Source: Macrostomum hystrix (Eukaryota; Animalia; Platyhelminthes). From it: a stretch of 64,000 nt of DNA. Below the pieces are notes generated by a model. It saw only the letters and a program-made list of their open reading frames with translations. It did not search any database and was not told where the DNA came from. Made by a program: the position numbers and the translations under genes. The stretch lies in the NCBI GenBank assembly GCA_950097015.1, contig CATNEN010000039.1:13206001-13270000 (forward strand), written 5' to 3'. How positions within the stretch are numbered: the first letter of the stretch is position 1; every line of letters begins with the position of its first letter. Shown in pieces: positions 1 to 12,031 of the stretch.

Positions 1-57
1 TAAGCGCAGAACAGAAGTGGATAAATATTCATTGCATAGTGATTGCAGCAAACTCAC

Positions 58-102
58 CAGATCCAACCAGATGTTAGCAAACAGTATCTGGTTTTTCTCA
101 TC
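58..102 (-). CDS. nAChR alpha7-like subunit, exon 3 variant b (DEKNQILFANIWLDL); gene continues off the left edge
   Basis: 45 nt, phase 0/0, flanked by tag| and |gtgagt on the minus strand; matches the conserved DEKNQxLxTNxWL exon 3 of CHRNA7/insect alpha6. Confidence 0.88.
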
Positions 103-664
103 CTACATTATTTGGATAAAGGACAAGGATGCAAGGTTTGGATTAGCATGCTGTAGTAAGGTTAGAATATATGGTTTTAGTAAATTCAGCAGCAACAGAC
201 ACTTGACAACCGACAGAATGGGGGAAAATGGTAGGTTAAACGCCTAAAATTCTGTTCCTAAGCAGCCGAGAAACAAACTATAATATTGGTTTTGATTCAG
301 TTCTGTAGTTTTGTGAATCGAATATTAACTCTGAGGCAAACATGACAGGTTAGCAATGCAGTGGCTTTAGATAAAACAAATATAGACTGAAGTTCTGTGT
401 GTCCAATATACTTTTAATAGGTGTCGTGCAGGTAAAATGCGAGCCAAATATAGCCATAATGGGTTGCTAAATATTGTTTTGTCCCAAAGGGAAGAACGAC
501 CTGAATGATTTCTGCCTCGCTCCCAATAGTACAGAAGGGAGTTAAGAAAGGGATCAATATGACGATTTCGATGTTTTTTTTTATTGTAAAAGCAACATCA
601 TGCTATTGTTTTATCATGATGCAAATCCGAATATAGCAAATGGGATTCTAAGCATCAGATAGAG

Positions 665-1067
665 CAGGGGTCGGCAAACTCCGGCCCGCGGGCCAGATGC
701 GGCCCTCGAAGCTCCCAAATCCGGCCCGTTGCCCCTTCTGACATCTACAGTGTCCTGTTTCATCTCTCTCGTATCTAATCTCTCCCGTGTCTCATCTCTC
801 CCGTGTCTAATCTCTCCCGTGTCTAATCTCTCCCGTGTCTCATCTCTCCCGTGTCTCATCTCTCCCGCGTCTCATCTCTCCCGTGTCTCATCTCTCCCGT
901 ATCTAATCTCTCCCGTATCTTATCTCTCCCGTGTCATATCTCTCCCGTGTCTCTTCTCTCCTGTGTCTCATCTATCCCCTATCTCATATTTATACATTCA
1001 ATGCGGCCCGCTGTCGTCTTTTAGGCTCTCTCTTTGGCCCGCCAGCAAATAAGTTTGCCTACCCCTG
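665..1067. mobile_element. Non-autonomous hAT-superfamily MITE carrying an internal ~16-bp minisatellite
   Basis: TIRs CAGGGGTCGGCAAACT / AGTTTGCCTACCCCTG; perfect 8-bp TSD AGATAGAG (657-664, 1068-1075); interior (CTCATCTCTCCCGTGT)n. Confidence 0.9.
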
Positions 1068-1245
1068 AGATAGAGAATTTGGTGGCTAATTTATCTATGC
1101 AAGGCTTGGATCACTCAAAGGAACGCACCAAACAGACTCAGATTTAGTGACCAAACGAAAAATGGTGATCAAGACTAGTGGACTTGCACAATTCTATTAT
1201 AGAGCAAAAAAGCAATTTATGACGAACGAATTGACCACAACGCAC

Positions 1246-1290
1246 TGTGTCCAGCCACATGTTGGTGTAAATTATCTGCAATCTTTCGTC
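1246..1290 (-). CDS. nAChR alpha7-like subunit, exon 3 variant a (DERLQIIYTNMWLDT)
   Basis: 45 nt, phase 0/0, caaag| acceptor and |gtgcgt donor; aligns residue for residue with the exon at 58-102. Confidence 0.8.
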
Positions 1291-1464
1291 CTTTGAATAA
1301 TTGATGGATAGGTGCGAATAACAGGTATTTTACATTGTTCAAGCAAATCTGACCAGGTTATGTAAACAATAACAAATCACAAACAAGAAGATGAGCTAGA
1401 AAAATATTAGCAATACTGTTTTGGGGCTTATATAAACATTCTTTCACTTATTTCCAATTTCCAA

Positions 1465-1591
1465 CCTATCTATCCATCTATCTATCTATCTAACTATCCA
1501 TCTATCTATCTATCTATCTATCAATCTATCTATCAATCTATCAATCTATCAATCTATCAATCAATCTATCTATCTATCAATCTATCTATCC

Positions 1592-1630
<39 letters not shown>

Positions 1631-1695
1631 AATCTATCAATCTATCTATCAATCTATCTATCTATCAATCTATCTATCAATCTATCAATCTATCA

Positions 1696-1726
<31 letters not shown>

Positions 1727-1847
1727 CATCTATCTATCTATCTATCTATCTATCCATTTATCTATCTATCTATCTATCAATCTATCTATCAATCTATCAA
1801 TCTATCAATCTATCAATCAATCTATCTATCTATCAATCTATCTATCC

Positions 1848-1894
<47 letters not shown>

Positions 1895-2051
1895 AATCAA
1901 TCTATCTATCTATCAATCTATCTATCAATCTATCTATCTATCAATCTATCAATCTATCAATCTATCTATCTATCTATCTATCAATCTATCTATCAATCTA
2001 TCAATCTATCAATCTATCAATCAATCTATCTATCTATCAATCTATCTATCC

Positions 2052-2090
<39 letters not shown>

Positions 2091-2223
2091 AATCTATCAA
2101 TCAATCTATCTATCTATCAATCTATCTATCAATCTATCTATCTATCAATCTATCAATCTATCAATCTATCTATCTATCTATCTATCTATCAATCTATCAA
2201 TCTATCAATCTATCAATCTATCA

Positions 2224-2270
<47 letters not shown>

Positions 2271-2335
2271 CATCTATCTATCTATCTATCAATCTATCTA
2301 TCTATCTATCAATCTATCAATCTATCAATCTATCA

Positions 2336-2417
<82 letters not shown>
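1465..2417. repeat. (TCTA/TCAA)n tetranucleotide microsatellite (GATA type)
   Basis: Directly visible. Confidence 0.97.
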
Positions 2418-2967
2418 AACATTGGCAGCATGCCCACATCACATCCTACTGTGTCCCTTATTACCCAGCGCCATACTTGGAATCCGCAAATTCAGTCATA
2501 AGCTTATGGGATGAAATTCTAGACTGAGGAGAGTGCGGACTCGGAGTCGGAGCACGCTGCTGCGAAGCAAAAAAATATCCCTCAAGGAATTGCTGCTTCC
2601 AGCCCACTTTGCCCTGCAACTCCACCCCAATGCCCCTGTCTCTCCAGTCTGTCCCGCGACCTCAATTTCACCTTCGTCTTGTGTTGCACATTTCTCTCAG
2701 ACCAGGCAGCTGCGGCGACTAACTCAAGCTTTGCTTCTCAACGGTTTGGTCAGCGGGAGCCGAAGGCACGTGGCTGCTCTACCAAACTTCCTATGTTGAT
2801 TCTTTTGCCCGAGTTGCATCCGCTAACCCAGTGGTTAAATAGTGAGGACGCGTTGGGCTGCAGAATACAAATATTTAAGGTGAGACTCCACAGCTTGACT
2901 AGCAGTAAGAATATAATACTGTCGCCATGTCACTTCAAGGCTATAAGCGAAAATTCGTGACGTAAGA

Positions 2968-3436
2968 CTGGAGAGAGATGAGAGAGATAAGACAGGGACA
3001 GGTAAGACACGGGAGAGATGAGACACGGGAGAGATGATACAGCGTGAGAGATGAGACACGAGAGAGATGAGACAAGGAAGAGGTAAGACACGGGAGATAT
3101 GAGACAGTGAGATATGAGACAGGGAGATATGAGACAGGTAGAGATGAGACAGATTGGAGATAAGACAGGGAGAGATAAGACAGGGAGAGATGAGACAGGG
3201 AGAGATGAGACAGGGAGAGATGAGACACGGGAGAGATGAGACAAGGGAGAGATGAGACACGAGAGAGATGAGACAAGGAGGGATGAGACAGGGAGAGATG
3301 AGACAGGGAGAGATGAGACAAGGAGATATGAGACAGGCAGATGTGAGACAGGAGGAGATGAGACAGATTGGAGATGAGACAGGGAGAGATAAGACAGGGA
3401 GAGATGAGGCAGGGGAGAGATAAGACAGGGAGACAT
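2968..3436. repeat. GAGAGATGAGACA(C)GG minisatellite, same family as the MITE interior, opposite orientation
   Basis: ACACGGGAGAGATGAG is the exact reverse complement of the MITE unit; no TIRs seen here. Confidence 0.92.
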
Positions 3437-3477
3437 CAGTTGTTACCAGCTGTCAGTAGAACTGCCGCCGCACTCAC

Positions 3478-3632
3478 CACGTCAATGATCTGCTGCAGCG
3501 AGACTTTGAACCAGACGTAGAGTACTTCGGTCTCGTTCTGCACTGGTCGCTCCATCGGGTTGTGCTTCCGCTCGCCTTCGCCCTCGAATAGGCGCTGCAG
3601 CAGCCGCTTCTCGTGTCGACCACCGAGGCAGC
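3478..3632 (-). CDS. nAChR alpha7-like subunit, exon 2 (GCLGGRHEKRLLQRLFEGEGERKHNPMERPVQNETEVLYVWFKVSLQQIIDV)
   Basis: cag| acceptor and |gtgag donor; 155 nt, phase 1/0; HEKRLL..NPMERPV.N...LQQIIDV is the N-terminus of alpha7-family Cys-loop subunits. Confidence 0.92.
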
Positions 3633-3696
3633 CTGTTCAAAGATAATTGAGTCGATTAATTTAGGTCGATGAATATTGATTTGGTGACAGGCATTG

Positions 3697-4620
3697 ATTA
3701 GAGTGACAAACTCTGATAAGAGTGACAGAATGTTTAGAGTGACAGAATGTTTAGAGTGACAGACTCTGATTAAAGTGACAGACTGTTTAGAGTGACAGAC
3801 TGTTTAGAGTGACAGAATGTTTAGAGTGACAGACTCTGATTAGAGTGACAGACTGTTTAGAGTGACAGAATGTTTAGAGTGACAGACTCTGGTTAGAGTG
3901 ACAGACTCTGGTTAGAGTGACAGACTGTTTAGAGTGACAGACTCTGGTTAGAGTGACAGACTGTTTAGAGTGACAGACTCTGGTTTGAGTGACAGACTGT
4001 TTAAAGTGACAGACTCTAATCAGAGTGACAGACTCTGATCAGAGTGACAGACTGTTTAGAGTGACAGACTCTGGTTAGAGTGACAGACTGTTTAGAGTGA
4101 CAGACTCTGGTTAGAGTGACAGACTGTTTAGAGTGACAGACTCTGGTTAGAGTGACAGACTGTTTAGAGTGACAGACTCTGGTTAGAGTGACAGACTGTT
4201 TAGAGTGACAGACTCTAATCAGAGTGACAGACTCTGATCAGAGTGACAGACTGTTTAGAGTGACAGACTCTAATCAGAGTGACAGACACGGTTTAGAGTG
4301 ACAGACACGGTTTAGAGTGACAGACACGGTTTAGAGTGACAGACACGGTTTAGAGTGACAGACACGGTTTAGAGTGACAGACACGGTTTAGAGTGACAGA
4401 CACGGTTTAGAGTGACAGACACGGTTTAGAGTGACTGGCAGTGTTTTTATTTATCTCTTAGCGAAAGCAGATCTTGCTTCTATCAGAAACCTAATTTTAC
4501 AATCGCGCATCCCTTTAAGGGAATAAGTCAGCCTTTCCTACACACTTCCTCTCGTGCAACTTTCATCGCAATATCGCTAAAATAATTTTTCTGATCCTTG
4601 CAGTAGGGAAAACATGAATT
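3697..4620 (+). repeat. AGAGTGACAGAC minisatellite (3697-4436) plus ~180-bp unique flank; dispersed repeat copy 1
   Basis: Array and flank are homologous to the reverse complement of 11310-11952. Confidence 0.85.
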
Positions 4621-5217
4621 GGAATTGCTGCAGCACCGAATTGAGAATTCTACTATAATAAACTAGGTTTTTAATTCACCGCCTAAGGTGTGCATAATGC
4701 TATGCAAGGAAAACTGTAGCTAGATCGGCCTAAAAGAGATCGATATAAAAAATATTGATCAACAAAAGCGTTTCTCAAAGCATTTGGGCTAGCATCATCA
4801 AATAGTGGTGTTAGGAGGCAGACACTGAAGATCTAGCAGGAGATTAGCCTGGCGTGACGGACACTGTTGAATGGAGTCTGTTACAGCTCTACTTCATCCT
4901 GATCTCAAAGCTTTCACCAGTTTCAAACCAGCTACCAAGCCATACAGACAAGTATCTATTTTTCCTCTGGCCTGAAAGAAATACTATTTTTCTTCCATTT
5001 TTTCTTATCTCTTATCGCTTGCGTGGAAGCGATATTTGAGTCTAAAACAGGAACTCATCGTTTTCTGTCACATCAACGTCCGAGTGTGATCTCACACTGT
5101 TAGACAACTGGGCCGAAGTTGTATTGTTAAATAGAATTTTAACGGTAATAATCACCGTCAGGGACTGGTTACTAACCATTTTAATCGACATTTTTTAATG
5201 CAAAATGGTTTGCAAAG

Positions 5218-5790
5218 ATCAATCAATCAGTCTATCAACCTCAATCTACTATTCTATCAATATCAATCTACTAGTCTATCAATATCAATCTACCATTCTA
5301 TCAATCTCAACCTACCAGTCTATCAATCTCAATCTACTAGTCTATCAATATCAATCTACCATTCTATCAATCTCAATCTACTAGTCTATCAATATCAATC
5401 TACCATTCTATCAATCTCAACCTACCAGTCTATCAATATCAATCTACTAGTCTATCAATATCAATCTACTAGTCTATCAATATCAATCTACTTGTCTATC
5501 AATATCAATCTACCAGTTTATCAATATCAATCTACTTGACTATCAATATCAATCTACCATTCTATCAATCTCAATTTACTTGTCCATAAATATTAATCTA
5601 TCATGCTTTCAATATCAACCTACCAGTATTTCAATATCAATCTACCAGTCTATCAAACTCAATCTACCAGACTATCAATATCAACCTACCAGTATATCAA
5701 TTTCAATCTACCAGTATATCAATCCTAATCTACGAGTCTAATAATATCAATCTAGCACTCTATCATTATCAATCTACTTGACTATCAATC
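5218..5790. repeat. Degenerate ~24-bp TCTATCAATATCAATCTACCAG minisatellite
   Basis: Directly visible. Confidence 0.9.
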
Positions 5791-6321
5791 TCCAACTACT
5801 GCTCTCCAGTCCTTCTTTGAATTGGAATTAGCCAAAATGGGTGAGGATTGAACCAAGCATTTGAGTTCTTTTTTAAAAACTTCTTGTAGTCCCTCGCAGC
5901 CTCCATATTTCTTATTATTGCCCTCTATGCTCCTTTCTACGTATCGATTTGAGTTCGGTCGCACCAATCGATTCCAGGAATCAAAAGAGGATTCCAAGAT
6001 AGTGTCCTATAAGATTCTCCCCAGAGGAAGGAAGTAATTATTAGACTGGGGTGCAGCTAGGTGAGAAGAATGAATAATTTCTCGCTCTGGCTGCTCCATC
6101 ATGCGCTATTTTTCATGCCCTGCAGCTCCCAGAGTTGAGATTTGTTTGTCAACTGGCCTAAGGGGAGAGAAATCCACTTCAACCCAATAGGGCCAACATT
6201 CTCCCTAGGAATAGGGAGAATGTTCGGCAAATCTCAGAACCGGTAGAAGGGAAGTTGACATTGTGAAATGAAAAATAAACTTTTAAAGCGACTTTTTAAG
6301 ATAGTTTTGAGGAATCCATTA

Positions 6322-7726
6322 AGTGGAGACATTACTAAATGGAGAGACACATTTTTCTAGTGGACAGACACATTTTCTAGTGGACAGACACATTTTTCTA
6401 GTGGACAGACACATTTTTCTAGTGGACAGACACGTTTTTCGAGTGGACAGACACATTTTTCCAGTGGACAGACACGTTTTTCGAGTGGACAGACACATCT
6501 TTATAGTGGACAGACACAACACTGAGTGGACAGACACGTTTTTCTAGTGCACAGACACATTTATCTAGTGGACAGATACATTTTTATAGTAAACAGACAC
6601 ATCACTCAGTGGACAGATCCATTACTCAGTGGGTCTGACCCATTTTACACAACCCTGAGTGGACAGACACAAGATTGAGTGGACAGACACAAGATTGAGT
6701 GGACAGACACAAGATTGAGTGGACAGACACGTTTTTCTAGTGGACAGATACATTTTTCTAGTGGACAGACACATTTTTCTAGTGGACAGACACATCTTTA
6801 TAGTGGACAGACACAACACTGAGTGGACAGACACGTTTTTCTAGTGGACAGACACGTTTTTCGAGTGGACAGACACATCTTTATAGTGGACAGACACATC
6901 TTTATAGTGGACAGACACAACACTGAGTGGAAAGACACAACACTGAGTGGACAGACACAACACTGAGTGGACAGACACAACACTGAGTGGAAAGACACAA
7001 CACTGAGTGGAAAGACACAACACTGAGTGGACAGACACAACACTGAGTGGACAGACACAACACTGAGTGGAAAGACACAACACTGAGTGGAAAGACACAA
7101 CACTGAGTGGAAAGACACAACACTGAGTGGAAAGACACAACACTGAGTGGACAGACACAACACTGAGTGGACAGACACAACACTGAGTGGAAAGACACAA
7201 CACTGAGTGGAAAGACACAACACTGAGTGGACAGACACAACACTTAGTGGACAGACACAACACTGAGTGGAAAGACACAACACTGAGTGGAAAGACACAA
7301 CACTGAGTGGAAAGACACAACACTGAGTGGACAGATACAACACTGAGTGGACAGACACAACACTGAGTGGACAGACACAACACTGAGTGGACAGACACAA
7401 CACTGAGTGTACAGACACAACACTGAGTGGACAGACACAACACTGAGTGGACAGACACAACACTGAGTGGACAGACACAACACTGAGTGGACAGACACAT
7501 CACTGAGTGGACAGACACAACACTGAGTGGACAGACACAACACTGAGTGGACAGACACAACACTGATTGGACAGACACAACACTGAGTGGACAGACACAA
7601 CACTGAGTGGACAGACACAACACTGAGTGGACAGACACAACACTGAGTGGACAGACACAACACTGAGTGGACAGACACAACACTGAGTGGACAGACACAA
7701 CACTGAGTGGACAGACACATCACTGT
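6322..7726. repeat. 20/21-bp minisatellite (CACTGAGTGGACAGACACAA)n in nAChR intron 1
   Basis: Directly visible; ends ~25 nt from the exon 1 donor. Confidence 0.96.
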
Positions 7727-7756
7727 TTAGTTGGCCAATGATTAAAAAGTACTCAC

Positions 7757-7811
7757 CTTTGATAGCCGCACAGACAAGGCACAGTAATAATATTCTATGA
7801 AACGGACGCAT
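7757..7811 (-). CDS. nAChR alpha7-like subunit, exon 1 (signal peptide MRPFHRILLLCLVCAAIK-G)
   Basis: ATG at 7811, hydrophobic signal peptide, 55 nt, phase-1 |gtgagt donor that joins exon 2 in frame; same layout as CHRNA7 exon 1. Confidence 0.8.
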
Positions 7812-8939
7812 TGTGGTTGATCAAATCTGCGGGTACATTAAAAGTCAATGTTTCTACGAAAAGAAAAGAGAAGCCAAAGTTGAGTGTTTCTAAGAATGCG
7901 TTCGCATGTTTAAAAATGGTAAAAATGGTTCCCAAATGCAGAACAGTCATTGGTTTTTGCCACTCTTAGCCAATCAGCCAGTCATTGAGGTTTGGTTCGG
8001 CTGCCAACTCAGAATCATCTTTCTGTGGAGAAGGCAGCATTTTTCCTAGAACAATTTTCTCTCTAAAACTGGGCTTAACCATTCTTCCACTCCCGTCTCC
8101 TCCCATCCAATAGATATGAGGGAGGGGCTTTTTTAAAACAAAAACTGAATGTTCTTCTGCTCCTCTGGACCTCCTAGTCACAGAAGGATGTACTCAGCCA
8201 ATCTTAGAGCTCCAACAGGACTATCTATTTTTTAAGCGGAATCTGTTACCTTCTGTCCCCGCAGTTGCTTAACGATAGTCAGACCACGCGGCGGTAGGTC
8301 AACTACCCACTGCCTACTTCGCCACAGCTCCCAAAACCGAATCGCAGATTCTCGTGAATGTCCACCATACGGATGAGAATGCTCCGCTCTTTGCAATGTC
8401 TTAACTTTCAAAGCCGTCAGATGTCGATGTTTTGTAATTCGGGAAGTCCGTGTTCTGGACATTCGTGGCGATTGGGAGAATTTTTTAGGGGATAAAGAAT
8501 AAATAAAAACGATGGAATTTAGGGAGAGAAGTAGAGAGATGTACTCGTAGAGAGAGAGAAGATGCTCGGTTAGCTCCATATCCGAAGACAGAAGAATCAC
8601 TTGCTTCCTCACACCAAGCTACTCAGGTTTTGGTACAGTAACAGAAGGGGAATAAAACGTGTTTGCTTAAAGTACAGAGTCGCAAAATTTCGCATGCGAT
8701 TATAACTCAGGTTTCAAAGTTTTTTTCTCTCAGGTTTTTCTTGTTTTATTCTGCAAACGTTTCTCTGCTAAGCTCAAATTGTAATGATACATTTAAATAG
8801 AACTCTGTTTAATTTTCTACAACTAACTGCTCAGGGGGGGGCAGATCTAGAAAGATTAAAAACAGGGGAGAGGAAACAGAGAGAATTACTAAGGTGGAGA
8901 CAGACCCATGGGATAGGACACAATGAAAGGAGGCAGATG

Positions 8940-9405
8940 GGGAGAAGAAATTGTGGGGGAGAAGACATTGAGGGGTGTAGACATTGTGGGGGAGAAGACA
9001 TTGTGGGGTGTAGACATTGTGGGGGAGAAGACATTGTGGGGTGAAGACATTGTGGGGTGAAGACATTGTGGGGTGAAGACAGTGGGGGAGAAAACATTGT
9101 GGGGTGAAGAAGACATTGTGGAGGGAGGACAGTGGGGGAGAAGACATTGTGGAGGGAGGACAGTGGGGGAGAAGACATTGTGGAGGGAGGACAGTGGGGG
9201 AGAAGACATTGTGGAGGGAGGACAGTGGGGGAGAAGACATTGTGGAGGGAGGACAGTGGGGGAGAAGACATTGTGGAGGGAGGACAGTGGGGGGAGAAGA
9301 CATTGTGGAGGGAGGACAGTGGGGGAGAAGACATTGTGGAGGGAGGACAGTGGGGGAGAAGACATTGTGGAGGGAGGACAGTGGGGGGAGAAGACATTGT
9401 GGAGT
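8940..9405. repeat. ~31-bp G-rich minisatellite (AGAAGACATTGTGGAGGGAGGACAGTGGGGG)n
   Basis: Directly visible. Confidence 0.93.
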
Positions 9406-10239
9406 GAAGGGAGGAGTCACGGAAATGAAATAAACGCCCCAGAGGAATAGCAGCAGCCCGGAGAGAGCAATAGCAAAAGTAAAAGGAGAGGTGAAGTAGG
9501 TGTTGGAGACAAAAGCAATATCGTCACGGTACAGGCTCTCCGGTACAGTGAAGAAGAGGTGAAGAAATAGAAGGTGGGAACTTTTCACGATAGACGCGTA
9601 TCTAACATATTTCCGTATTTCCATAAGAAATCGTTGCGAGGCCAAAAGCTTTTGCAGAATGAGTACAGGAGACATTTGAGTAGGATTGTATAATCGGCCT
9701 GTTTGAACAGCGGTGGGGCCTTGACAGAAAAGTAGCTTTTGTTCAGTGCAATTCTTACTGTCATTCTGCCTGCAATCAATGAATCGCATTGTGGGTTGGC
9801 CACATGCAATTCTCAGTAAAATCATTCCAGCTATTTGGCTATAGTGGCTTTCAATTTTTTGCGTAGTCTGAAAGAGACAAGAGACACGATCTGAAATCCA
9901 TTTTCTTTGTCGCTTGCGTTTCAATGCCTTCAATTTTTTTTCAAATAAGCATGCATTTAATTTAATGAACCATATTCGTGACATTTCAAAGATCAGTGTG
10001 GACTAACTGATGAAACAACATATTCCATAAGATGTTAAATAGCAAGATTGCAGTTTAAATGACAGAAAAAATTGAAATCTGCATGTACTCGTAATTTGTA
10101 CTATTTATTGATTCTAAAATTCTGTACTGACTTGGGTTTCTTCGGAGTGAGTTGGGTGTCTGCGGAATGAGGTGGCTATCATTTCATTGATTCGGCTATA
10201 ACGGAGTGAGGTGGCTTCAGTGGCGAAAAATCGGAGCAG

Positions 10240-10908
10240 GCGGATTGAGGCGGTTGTTATTAGAGTGAGATTGTTGCAGACGGATTGAGGTGGTTGTTAT
10301 TAGAGTGAGATTGTTGCAGACGGATTGAGGCGGTTGTTATTAGAGTGAGATTGTTGCAGACGGATTGAGGTGGTTGTTATTAGAGTGAGATTGTTGCAGA
10401 CGGATTGAGGTGGTTGTTATTGGAGTGGGGTTGTTGCAGACGGATTGAGGTGGTTGTTATTGGAGTGAGATTGGTGCAGATGGATTGAGGTGGTTGTTAT
10501 TGGAGTGAGATTTTTGCAAACGGATTGAGGTGGTTGTTATTGGAGTGAGATTGGTGCAAACGGATTGAGGTGGTTGTTATTGGAGTGAGATTGGTGCAGA
10601 TGGATTGAGGTGGTTGTAAATGGAGTGGGGTTGTTGCAGACGGATTGAGGTGGTTGTTATTGGAGTGAGATTGGTGCAGATGGATTCAGGTGGTTGTTAT
10701 TGGAGTGAGATTGGTGCAGATGGATTGAGGTGGTTGTTATTGGAGTGGGGTTGTTGCAGATGGATTGAGGTGGTTTTTATTGGAGTGAGATTGGTGCAGA
10801 TGGATTGAGGTGGTTGTTATTGGAGTGAGATTTTTGCAAACGGATTGAGGTGGTTGTTATTGGAGTGGGGTTGTTGCAGATGGATTGAGGTGGTTTTTAT
10901 TGGAGTTG
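10240..10908. repeat. 40-bp minisatellite (CGGATTGAGGTGGTTGTTATTGGAGTGAGATTGGTGCAGA)n
   Basis: Directly visible, ~17 copies. Confidence 0.95.
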
Positions 10909-11309
10909 GGCGGAAAAAATGCGTGCATTTTAAAACAAAATATGACGATGAAGATTAGGTAAGTAGCTAGTACACGAAAAAAGTACTATTAAATAAATAA
11001 TCTTTCCAATAAATTCATTACAGTTATTGCCGCTTATAATCAAATTAATTTGAAAAAACCCTGTTCCATGAAATTCTCAGGTAATTATAACCAGGATTTG
11101 CTCTAACACGAAATAGAAACCTATGTAAAAAAGACATAACACTGGATTGTAAACTAGTATGATAGTGGTGCGACAGTTGCTTTTAGATTCTAATGGCATG
11201 TTGCATTTGTCACTGTCTTTAAAAAAGTATCATCGATTTTTGTTCCTTTTTAGCCTGTTTTAGCTTTTTCTTTGCTTTCCTGAGTTATATCTGAGCTGTG
11301 TCATCTAGT

Positions 11310-11952
11310 TAAAATCCTGTTTTCCTACTGCTAGGATCAGTAAAATTGTTGTATCGATATTGCGATGAAAGTTACACCACAGGAAGTGTGAAGAAAAAGT
11401 TTAATTATTCGCTTAAACTGTAAACTTTATAAAAGTTTGTTTCTGATAAGAACAGGGTCTGCTTTTGTTAAGAGAAAAATAAAAAAATTCTACAAAACTG
11501 TCACTCTAAACAGAGTCTGTCACTCTAAACAGTCTGTCACTCTAGTTAAAATCTGCCACTACAATCAAAGTCTGTCACTCTAATCAAAGTCTGTCACTCT
11601 AATCAAAGTCTGTCACTCTAATCAAAGTCTGTCACTCTAATCAAAGTCTGTCACTCTAATCAAAGTCTGTCACTCTAATCAAAGTCTGTCACTCTAATCA
11701 AAGTCTGTCAAGCTCTATGCATAGTCTATCAGTGTAATCAGAGTCTGCCGCTCATCTCAGTCTGTCACTCTTAATGGAGTTGTGACAATAATCAGAGTCT
11801 GTCACTCTTAATGGGGTTGTGACAATAATCATAGTCTGTCACTCTAATCGAAGTCTGTCACTCTAATCGAAGTCTGTCGCTCCAATCAAAGTCTAGTTAG
11901 AGTCTGTCAGTCTAGTCAAAGTATGTCACTCTACACAGAGTCTGTCACTCTA
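11310..11952 (-). repeat. Dispersed repeat copy 2 (unique flank + GTCTGTCACTCT minisatellite), inverted relative to 3697-4620
   Basis: For example TTTTCCTACTGCTAGGATCAG..GATATTGCGATGAAAGTT is the reverse complement of AACTTTCATCGCAATATC..CTGATCCTTGCAGTAGGGAAAA. Confidence 0.85.
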
Positions 11953-12031
11953 AAAGGAATATATTACTCAAAGCAGAACACATAATCGCATTTCAGTCTG
12001 TACATAGTAGTGAATCAATCAATTGTTTATC

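Noticed and set aside
6319-7750. Long Cys/Val-rich ORFs in several frames
   Set aside because: Translations of the 20-bp minisatellite; only 7757-7811 is coding.
7960-9984. Minus-strand ORFs (71, 126, 391 aa), perhaps a decayed retroelement
   Set aside because: The 391-aa ORF is inflated by a minisatellite and I could not identify any catalytic motif.
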